A stretch of 64,000 nucleotides of DNA. Origin: Amoebidium appalachense. Its lineage: Eukaryota > Protista > Ichthyosporea. Both the position numbers and the translations under genes were made by a program. Of the stretch, positions 53,765 to 64,000 are shown piece by piece; position 1 is the first letter of the stretch, and every line of letters starts with the position of its first letter. The notes under the pieces are model-generated. The model was given only the letters and a program-made list of their open reading frames with translations, did not search any database and was not told where the DNA came from. The stretch is from NCBI GenBank assembly GCA_963693365.1, contig CAVNZM010000004.1:9390468-9454467 (forward strand), read 5' to 3'.

Positions 53765-56700
53765 ATGCATAACCCCGTTGCTGATGCCGCGAAAATTGAT
53801 GTCGACATGCACCGAAACGATACCGCTAATGACGCCATCTCTTCAACCACAACCACACCCACCAAGCCAAAGGGTGGCCTGAGCGCGGACGGAAACATAT
53901 TGCCCAATGACGACTCATGCTGCCACGATGTCACGTCACGGTCCTCAAGCACGCCATCTCCGACTCCTACATGTGGCGAACACGACGAAGATCACGTGGA
54001 AAAATCCAGTCGTTTCTTTTCGAGCAGGCTGGGCAACGTGGTGAAACCCCTCCATTCTCGCATGGGCCCTTTGCTCCATCACTTCGCTGTTGCCCGCCAT
54101 CGTGCCCAAGTAGCCCTTGACCACCCGTTGCTCTCACGCCCCTTGCTGGGTCGTTTCCTGTCCGATTGGATCATCAACATCAACATTATTGAGCTCATAA
54201 TGGTTATTGCCGTTGTGCTTTTCGTTATGGTGTGGGGCCAGGGGCACAAGTGGGGCACAGGCGCAGCGTGGTGCTCTGCGTTTGCAATTGCAGCGACGCC
54301 GCGAAACGCATTCTTCACGCATATGTTGGGCATTTCGTTCGACCGCATGATCAAGTACCACCGCTGGCTGGGCTACTTTCTCCTGGTGCCTCTGTTGGTG
54401 CACACGCTCGTGTACCGTGGTTTTACCCCTTGCGATGATGTCACCCGTGACTACTTCTGGAACATGGTTGCAATGAAAGCGAGAGCTGGCCAAGGGCCCG
54501 GCGGCATCGCTTCGTCAACAACAATGCCTCCTTTTCCCACCGTAGCGCCAGCATCCGTGCTCAATCCCATGACCGCGATGCCTACAATGACAACATACAC
54601 GCCCCCCAATTCTATCGTCACAACAACTTCCCCATGGGCAACAGCGGCCCCTGGTACTGGTGGGATGGCGGGGGGTGATCACCATGAATCAGACAACCAT
54701 GGTGAACACAACAGCAATGACGAAAGCAACCACGCCGTAGGCCAAACAGGTGCCGGGGGTCAGCAGACGACACACAACAGCGGTGGGGGTGAGGAAGGGG
54801 CGAAACCGGGAAAGAATGTTGTCTTGGGTGCAGGACCTATGCAGAGCCAGGGCCAGGTGCAAGGTGCTGCTGGCCCACAGGGGCCCGGGGGCATGCAGGG
54901 TGGCAGTGGGGGGCACAGAATGCACCGTATTGAGATGCTGTGCTGGTGCAACAACAAGTATAACCTGTCAGGTACGGAGTACTTTTCTCTTGAATCATAT
55001 ATGTACATAAATTGACTTTGTTCCTTTTGTGCATATAGCTCCGACTCAGATATGAGTCTGATACAGCATATGTAATAAACTAGTACTAAAACAGATAAGC
55101 TTTTGAAATGTAACTTACTTATGTACTTGAATTTCCACCAGCACACACCCAGGCACACTATGCATAGCAACTTTTAAATGGGTTGCCCTGTCTCTCCGGA
55201 TCCACCCTTTACATCCGGCTTCATCCGTTCGTTTTCTTTATGCACCGGGCCATATATTAATATGCATCCGAGGATTTATCAGCCGTTAGTTAGCAACTGT
55301 TTGTGTTGCAAAAAATCGGTTAGTACCCTATATTATTTCGCTTACGTACTGCCGCTAAGTTATATTTGTCCTGCAGGCGATATCGATGGTTTATTTCATG
55401 CATCACGTTGCCAACCCATAGTGCAGAACACCCACCCGGTCCGAACCATGTTTGAAACCACGAATTATATCTAGTTACTGTACCACGCCTAGGACCACAC
55501 ACAGTGACTGACATACACACACACACACACACACATCATCGCCATGCAGGAGTCCTCCCCGTGTTTGCCTACTTTGTCATCTTCCTCACCTCTCTGGATT
55601 TTGTTCGTCGGCGGTTCTTTGAAAGCTTCTACCTGACACACTTCCTCTTCCTGGTCTACGCCGGTGGCAGCCTGTGGCATTCGCTCGACATGACCCCTCA
55701 CTTCGTCATCCCACTTGCCTTTTACGGACTAGATCGAATTATCCGATTGGTGCAGGACATTCCGGCCGGTCACGTGATGTCCGTAGAGACCTACCCTGGC
55801 AACATGGTTCGTTTGACGGTTAAGGGGAGCTCCGGCATAGGCGCACTCAGATACAGGTATTTACATCTCCCTCTCCCTTTCCTCCCTCCCTCCCTCCTCC
55901 CCCCCCCCCCCCACTCCTCCTACCCCCTCCCCCCCCCCCCCCCCCCGGATCCTGCCTCTAAACTCCCCCCCTCCCCCCTCCCAATTCTCTTTTGCCTCGA
56001 TATATCATCATTGACTTGGCCAGTAGAGAATTATGTAGCAAAGGAACTAAAAGTTTTGAATGATGGATTACAAAGCCTTGCCAAGAATGAATAGTCGTCA
56101 ACAGAGTCGTAGATTGCTACTTGTATTACATCATCAGATACTGTCCGATCTCTGGTGCGTTCTTAGCAGTCCGACTATGTGCTCTTTATGCCTTACCCCC
56201 CCCCCCCCCCCTCTCCCCTCCCCACCCCCCCCCCCCTCCCCTCCCCTTCCCCGCTCCCCCCCCCCCTCCCCCCTCCCCACCCCCTCCCCCGGGCACCCTA
56301 AACTTCCCTCTCCCTCCCTCCCCTCCTCCTCCCCCTCCCCCCCCCCCCCCCCCCCCCGCCTCCCTTCCCTCTCCTGAGTCGCCGAGTCGCCCCCCCTCCC
56401 CTCCCCCCATCCCTCTCCTGAGTCACCCCCCCCTCCTCTTCCCCCTCTCCTGAGTTGCCGCTTCCCCCCTCCCCCCTCCCCCCGGCACCAAGGGCCCTTG
56501 CCTTTGTTTTCCCGTTCTTATGCCTCTGCTTCACCGTGTGCAGTTAAGAAACTTTAAGGAACCACCACTTTATTTTCGTCCGTATCATATTTTAGGAAGG
56601 TGTCACATGCCTGGGAGTATGCTCAATTAATCTTCTGGACAAATTGGTAACCCTCCATCCGCCCCCCTCCCCCCCCCCCCCCCCCCCCCATCTCGATCCT

Positions 56701-57984
56701 CCCTTCCTTCCTCCCTTCCTCTCTCTCTCTCATCTCTCTCTCCCCCTCCCCCTCCCCCCCCCCTCTCTCTTTCGCTCTCTCTCTCTCTCTCTCTCTCTCA
56801 CTCTATCCCCCTCTCTCCCTGCCCTTCGTGTCTTTCTCTATCTCTCTCTTCCCCCCCTCGCATGCGCCTCTCTCCCTCACACTCTCTTTCGATGTCTCTC
56901 TCTCTTCCTCCCCTCTCCCTCCCCCCCCTCTCTCTCTCCTTCTCTTCCTCCCTTCTTGCCCCACCCTGCCTTTCTCGCTCTCCGCCTCTCTCTCCCCCCT
57001 CCCCCCCCCCCCCCTTCGCTCTCCTCCTCTCTCTCACCCTCTTCCCCCCCCCCCCTCCCCCCTCCTCCCCCTCTCTCTCACCCTCTCCTCCCCCCCTCCC
57101 CCCCCCCCCCCCCAATCTTCCCCCCCCCCCCCCAATCCTCCCCCCCCCCCCCCCCCCCCCCTCTCCACAGGGCTGGCCAATACGCCTTTATCAACATCCC
57201 CTCCGCGTCGGCCACCCAATGGCACCCAATGAGCATCAGCAGCTCACCCACCGATGACGTCATCACTTTCCACGTGCGCGGGGTGGGCACGTGGTCGCGT
57301 GCGCTGGAGCACATGCACTCCGTCAAAAACAACATCAACCCAATTGCACCCGGTACCGTGATTCGCATGAACGGGGGATACGGCCGACATATTTTCTCCC
57401 TCACCAAAGTGGACACGCTCTTGCTGGTGGGTGGAGGCAGCGGCGCAGCGCCGATGGTGTCGATTTTGAAATACCTGCACGGTGTGCCAGCGCAAAAGAG
57501 AGAGAACTGGGCCCTAAAGCGCGTGTGTATCGTGTGGACCGTGCGCAGTCGTGAGCACGTGACTTGGTTTGCACGGGAATTGGCGGAGGTGTGCGGGAAA
57601 CCCAATGGTGCAACGAGCACTGGTGGTGGAAATGTCGAGTTTGAGGTGAGAGTGCACGTGACTGGCGCTGCGGAGGAATGTGCTCGCGGCCAATCGGATT
57701 CGGCGGTGGAGAATGGTACACACAAAATTGTTCCAGAGTCTCTCGCCGGTTGCATATATGCTGGTAGGCCTCAATTTGATTCGATGATGGAGAAGGAAGC
57801 TGAACGGTGTATGTCGTCATTGGGTGAAAATACAAAACACGTGCACACGCGGAAGCCGACGGTTGGAGTGGCTGTGTGTGGGCCGGGGGGCTTGGTGTGG
57901 GACACGTGCGACGCGGCGAGGAGGGCGAATGGAAAGTGTGGAGGGGTGGTGTTTGTTACAAACACTGAGACGTTTTTGTTCTAG
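53765..57984 (+). CDS. Ferric reductase / NADPH oxidase-family flavocytochrome (FRE/FRO-like), 3 coding exons
   Basis: Exons 53765-54971, 55550-55856 and 57171-57984 join in phase. Heme-His helices IKYHRWLG...VH and FYLTH...WH; FAD motifs GQY and WHPMSISS; NADPH motifs GGGSGAAP, GRP, CGP and terminal ETF. Confidence 0.92.
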
Positions 57985-58631
57985 CTGGCAGGGATGTATC
58001 ATGATGATGCCCTTTAGAACGGTTAGTTACACAATGTCATAGCCTGTACGTGCAAATGTACTAGCATACAAGCAGGCTAATCTATACTCAGAGGGCTCAG
58101 TTAACTCACAATTTTATAAGCTAATTTTGCTTTTACTTTTACCGTGGCTGCAGGCGTGTGCATAAATGTTAAGTCCGAGGTGTATGGAATATATCTGAGG
58201 TGGACTTGTGGTCAATTATCATATAATATTAACTGTTGCACCGGTGAGGGGATATGTGATTGCATTACTAAGAAATCAGTCTTCGCGATACGTGGTCATG
58301 TGTAAGTGTAAATGTGTTATTGTCATGGATATGAGCAATGGCTGCAGCTGACCATGAGCTGCATATTGTTGACTAGATTATTCTAAGCTGGGATAAACCT
58401 TCATTTTTGAAACAGGTGTCAGGTTTTTGCTTTACCGTTTTTTTGTTAACGTATAACAACTTATTTTAATCCCTTGAATATTTCTGGTTGTTGCAAGTTC
58501 GGCTTCCTTTATAAAAAATCCAGATTCAGCCCGCAGTCAAAATGATTTTCATATGTATATCTGCAGAGTTGCCCCCCCCCCCCCTCCCCCCCACCAAGGT
58601 TAACTCCTCCCATAATGTATATCTGCAGAGT

Positions 58632-58664
<33 letters not shown>

Positions 58665-58701
58665 TAAAAGGTTAACTCCTCCCATACCACACACACACAC
58701 A

Positions 58702-58762
<61 letters not shown>

Positions 58763-58826
58763 TTCGTGAGCACATGCGACGGTGTGTGTGCCTGTGTGTG
58801 TGTGTGTGCGCGCGCGTGTCTGTACG

Positions 58827-58865
<39 letters not shown>

Positions 58866-58921
58866 ACGGTGCATGTGTGTGTGCGTGCGTGTGCGTGCGT
58901 GTGTGCGCGTGTGTGCGTGTG

Positions 58922-58953
<32 letters not shown>

Positions 58954-59574
58954 GTGCGAGTGTGTTCGTGTGTTGATGGGCGCGCGGATGCGCACATGTG
59001 TATCTGTGTGTGGGCACTGTGTGTGTGGTTATGGGTTGCTTTGCACCCGCACATGGTGACTGAAGTATTGGTTCCGAAAGCAGGGGGGGGGGGGGGGGGG
59101 GGGGGGGGTGGGGGGGGAGGGGGGGGGGGGAGGGGGAGGGATTGGTGGGAGGGAGCGGGGTAGGGTGGGGTGGGTGGGTGGGTGGGTGGAGGGGGGGAGC
59201 CTACGATTTTCGAACATGAAAGGCGAGCGGGCAGGGGAGGGGGAGGAGGGTTGGAGAGGGGGTAGGGGGGGGGATGGGGGGGGATAGAAACAACAGTTTA
59301 AGAAAGAGGGGATTCACTTGCGGCTGGATGATCATGGAATTTTTGCTCCGAGCCTTTTCTTTTTCTTTTTCTTTTTAAAAGCTTCCCAAGTCTTGCAAGG
59401 CAACGCCGCAATGTTGGGTGCTTTGAAGTTCTCAATACCCTGGGCCTGCACATAACCTGAGACGACTAAAAAAATCTCTCACAGGCCAGATTTCATCACT
59501 GATCCCTCTCCAGCATTCATTTTCAGAAATGGCATTAACGTCCCCTCCTCCCCTCCTCCCGCCACCCCCCCCCT

Positions 59575-59616
<42 letters not shown>

Positions 59617-60346
59617 ACACATACACAAACACACATCCCCCCCCACCCACCCCGGCCAACAGCTGGGCAAGAATTACTGAAAATCAATGAACCAGGTTAT
59701 CCCCTAAACTTACCATGGCCACTGGCTTCCATATCTTTTACTGGACGAAAACCAAGTGAACCGCCGGTTTACATGACTATCTATATGCTATGTGATCAAT
59801 CCCCTTAAAACGATATTTCCCGTTGCAAAAAAATTTCTCCTGCGTCATCCTCCGCTAAGCGCAGAGGTCACCGGATCCTCCCTCCTCCCCTCCCCCCCCC
59901 CCCCCCCCCCCTCTCGCCCCCTTCCTCCTCATGTGACATACCCGACCCCTCCCCTCCCCCCCCTCCCCCCTCCCCCCGCCCCCCCCTCCCCCTCCTCCCA
60001 ATAAAAAAAAAGACCTCCACATCCATCATCACTGGTCGTGGGCATACCCCACTCCCCTCCTACAGTGCGATTCACCACATCTCTCCTCCCTCCCCACCCA
60101 TCCACCAAATCCCTTGTGCAATGATTTCGCACCGAGTAAAAAAGTCTGTAAACTATCTTTGTGGATGCTTCTCCTTAGTGTTTGTGTGTGCGTGTGTGTC
60201 TATGGTGGTGTGGCACTGTCATACACTGAGTGTGTTTGTATGCATATCGTCTACATTCTGAACGTGTGTGTGTACTGATGTACTGCATGTGAGCCGCGTT
60301 GCAATTGCCTTGTGTGTGAACCTGTGAATCGATCCATGTTTCAAAT

Positions 60347-60414
<68 letters not shown>

Positions 60415-60939
60415 ACGGTGTGCGTGTGCGGCGCGCGCGCGCGCGCGTGTGCGTGTGTGTGTGTGTGTGCGTGTTTGTGTGTGTATGTATGTGTGTGTGT
60501 GTGTGTGTGAATGTGCTTGTGTTAGAGTGGCATTGTGTTGGGGTGTGCTTGCGTCGGTGTCTTTCTTGTGTGCCTGACGCGCGCACACACACACTTGTGT
60601 ATACGGTACGTATGTGTTACGTGAGTGGGTCTAGGTGTCACTAGTGGCCATGGGTGTTGATGCTGATCATCTTATGCGGGTGCCGTACGTGTTGCCCCAT
60701 CTAGATGGGAAGAGATCTTGTAGGGAGAGGGGAAGGGAGAGAGAATGGTGGAAACATGGCGCAAAGAGAAAGTGAAGATGGAAGAGAGAGAGAGTCTACT
60801 TGTGACACTGCCCGGGCACATGTGTATATGTGCCTGGGCTTCTGCAGGTGCGTGCGTATGTTCGCGTGCGTGCAACAAGTTTTGCATGCCAGCGATTGGT
60901 GACTGTAAACGGCATACCACTGTTACTTCGAATTCTCTG

Positions 60940-61036
<97 letters not shown>

Positions 61037-61077
61037 GCGTGTGCGTGCGCGTGTGTATGTGTGTTTGTGATTGTACC

Positions 61078-61151
61078 GTCCTGGTAGCGTAGTAGGTAGC
61101 GCGGAGGTCTCATAATCCTAAGGTCGTGAGTTCGATCCTTCACCCAGGGCA
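61078..61151 (+). tRNA. tRNA-Met(CAT), elongator type; two structural blemishes
   Basis: Acceptor GTCCTGG/CCAGGGC, A box TAGCGTAGTAGG, anticodon loop CTCATAA, B box GTTCGATCC, downstream T6 terminator. Extra T in the T-stem and a G:A mismatch at the top of the anticodon stem. Confidence 0.85.
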
Positions 61152-61490
61152 TCTTTTTTCCCGTTTGTTTCTTTGCCTTTGCCTCGAGTAAACAGCGTAA
61201 ACCCCGTATGAGTGGTTGAGTGCGTGTGTGTGTGCGCGCGTGTGTGTGCCACACACGCGCACGTGTCCACACGCGCCACACGTGTGCGTGTGTGTGTCAC
61301 GGTGTGTGTGTATGTGTGGCATGTTGTATGTATGCGCGTGTACAGTAGTTTCTGTGTGCCACTCGTGTGTGTGTGTGTGTGTCGACACACGCGCACGTGT
61401 CCACACGCGCCACACGTGTGCGTGTGTGTGTGTCACGGTGTGTGTGTATGTGTGGCATGTTGTATGTGTGCGCGTGTAGTTTCTGTGTGC

Positions 61491-61550
<60 letters not shown>

Positions 61551-63282
61551 TTTGTGCGTGCACAATGTGACACCGTGCCGCCCAACATGTGACTTCAAAC
61601 CTAAAGTTCCGGAGAACCGGGCCGGGAGGTCCAGCCTGCCAGGATGTGTTCCCGCCAAAAAAGCCAAACAAAAGAGTTGACCAATCACTGAGGTTCGATG
61701 TGAATTGATTAGAAGAGGGCAAAAAAAAGCATCATTATGGAGGTGATCGAATCGGTAGTGATCATTGCTTCTGCACGTACAATGGCTTCGTCTTCGTGTC
61801 TCAAATTTATTATTTTTTTTATTTGCTTTTAATATTTCCCTGGCTATATATACATGCAGAAACGTATGATATACCCGTTCGAATATCCAGGCATACTGGC
61901 TGTAAGACGTCTAGCGTGTTTCGTACTGTGTTCCTATTGGTTGGCTCTTAAACTCTATGGTGTCCGTTTACCCAATAGGGTTAGTGCAGCAGGAGTATTG
62001 AACAGAACTGACATCAGGAAAACGAAAAGCTACAAACCCAAAGACAAGAAAGTGGAAGCCTTTCGTGTGTTGAAAGGAGTGAATCGGCGGTGTATTCGGA
62101 AGTAACATGCCTACTAGCCTAGTAGCAGTTTGTATTTTTGTAACAGTGGGCATAGTTGTATAAATAAGAGCAACATTTACATTTCATCTGGTAACTCCAA
62201 CCCATGCGTGTTCCCACGTGCGGGGCATTTAATCGGATTGACCTCAAGAGATTAGTGAAGGTCTTTACCAACCTCCCAAGCCAGTCTCTTCGCCACAGGT
62301 AAGCACGCTGTTGGATTTTGGCTCTGCTGTTCTCTACACGGCAGAGCGAGTTTACATATTTAGCGCTTGAATAAAGCTGCGTGCATGTTATACCACACAA
62401 CCACAGGTGGCCTTGTAAACGGGCTTTTCGCTAGCACATTCACGGTTGCAGACACATCAGGGCACGCAGTGCACCAAAATATGCATACGCATCGCTCTTT
62501 GGTTGTGTAATCCATATCCATACTCCCCTGTCTCCATCTTTCTGGGAAATGTTTTACCCTCTCCAGCGATAACTCTTTTCCTTGGGGTGCCCTCCCCTCT
62601 GTCCTTTTCTCTCTCCTCCCTTCCCCTCCCCCCTCCCCCCCCCCCCCTCCCCCCCAACGGCCGTCCTCACGGAAAACTCCGCAGTCACGTTTTCCTCTTG
62701 TTGCCCCCCTCGCCCCCTCCCCCCCCCCCCCTCCCTTTTCCCCTCCTCCACCCAACCCGCCCAAGTCTCCCACCCCCCCCCCCCTCCCCCTACACGTACC
62801 CCTCTGGTCCTCTCCGCTCTCGCATTCTCTCACGTGACCTTTCCTGTCTTACTAGCACTGGAACTTTATTTTCAGGTTGTTGAATTATGATGTATTTGAA
62901 ATTTGTTTTGTATGTTTCACGTAGGAGGTTAACCACAAAACCTCTGATAATATTATTTGCATAGCTTTTTCAAAGAGGCAAGGAGTTTCTGACGTGTAGT
63001 TGTCGGTAGGCTGCTGCGTGAAAGAAGGATGGAACTAGAGGGTATTATCGCGGGCAAGTTAGAAATGTGTTGATGAGGGTTGGTGATTAAGTCACATCAG
63101 TGAGATTGATGGCTTGTTTTAGTGTAGGTTAGAAGGTGGGATGGGATGGTGTACCTAGAATGGTTCATGGTTCAATGCAGTTAGCATGATTCGGGGTAGA
63201 TTTGTGTGTGAACATGGAACTGGGTGTTTGCATGTGTGTGTATGTGTGTGCGTGCGTGCGTGTGTCTGTGTATGTGTGTTTG

Positions 63283-63315
<33 letters not shown>

Positions 63316-63528
63316 GGGGGAGAGAAGTGAAGGGGGTGCGGGGAGGGGGAGGGGGGGAGGGGACAGAGAGAGATGGGTGGGTTGTAAATGGTTTCCAGGG
63401 AGAAGAATAGGAGGCGGAGGGGAAGGGGGGGGAATGTTTAGTTTGGCGGTATGCTTTTGGCTGCCCAACTCTCACTTTTTTTTGTGTGTAACCGATGTGT
63501 TTATAATCTCCACAGGCACGTATCCACG

Positions 63529-63610
63529 ATGAATTTCACAAAGGAAGACAGGCTTGATCTCAACGCGCTGCGCTTTGCGCTTATCCGTATGGAAGACACA
63601 ATCATATACG
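63529..63610 (+). CDS. ARO7: Chorismate mutase (eukaryotic AroQ), first coding exon; gene continues past the window
   Basis: MNFTKEDRLDLNALRFALIRMEDTIIY closely resembles the N-terminus of fungal Aro7 (MDFTKPETVLNLQNIRDELVRMEDSIIF); followed by a GT donor at 63611. Confidence 0.8.
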
Positions 63611-63756
63611 GTCTGCACCCCCTCCCTCCCCTCCTCTCCCCTCCTCCCCTCCTCCCCTCCTCCCCTCCTCTCCTCCCCACACGCACACACACACATAGAC
63701 ATATCTCATAATTTTGCATGTATGCATGCACAAATACTTTACCCCCATCTGTAGAA

Positions 63757-63788
<32 letters not shown>

Positions 63789-63926
63789 AAAAAAACAAAC
63801 AAAAAAAACAAAAAAAAAAACAGCTCGTTTCCAAACACAATAAATACAGACCTTTGTAGTGCACACTGGCACTTGCTAGGTCCTGCCCGGTCTCTTTTCC
63901 CTCCCGTCCCCTCTCTTGCTCCCTCC

Positions 63927-63960
<34 letters not shown>

Positions 63961-64000
63961 ACCCCCCCCCCCCCCCCCCCCCTTCCCGCCCCCGGGGCTA

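Noticed and set aside
62119-62530. Cys-containing minus-strand ORFs vaguely like a GIY-YIG/Penelope fragment
   Set aside because: GIY/YIG residues are absent and there is no adjacent RT.

Overview
Eukaryotic nuclear DNA with spliceosomal introns saturated in poly-C/poly-G, (CA/TG)n and (CT)n tracts, so most ORFs in the supplied track are microsatellite artefacts. The co-occurrence of chorismate mutase with FAM169-like and TCAIM/DUF4460-like genes suggests a non-animal eukaryote, possibly a unicellular holozoan (inference only). Host genes supported by sequence: an intronless GT61 glycosyltransferase (+), a 5-exon FAM169-like gene (-), a DUF4460/TCAIM-like gene (+), a frameshifted secreted Cys-rich repeat gene (+), a 3-exon ferric reductase/NOX-family gene (+), an elongator tRNA-Met and the first coding exon of chorismate mutase. 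Mobile DNA is the most interesting part. (1) A non-LTR RT gene is split by a 3.4-kb tandem-array TRIM (5 LTRs, 4 internal regions, 5-bp TSD, copia-type half-tRNAiMet PBS); its LTRs carry a 13-bp minisatellite in 9,6,7,8,9 copies and the two outer LTRs are essentially identical. (2) An ~8.5-kb Dada-like DDE transposon has a DEDDy exonuclease inserted in the catalytic core, five microsatellite-filled introns and a candidate TSD. (3) Helitron-like 3' ends, a degenerate LINE derivative bracketed by a 27-bp inverted repeat, and an intronic 267-bp palindrome. Splice signals look unusual: (CA)n abutting acceptors, GTGTGT and GC donors, and one intron with nested complementary repeats. All family assignments are motif recognition by eye; no searches were run.
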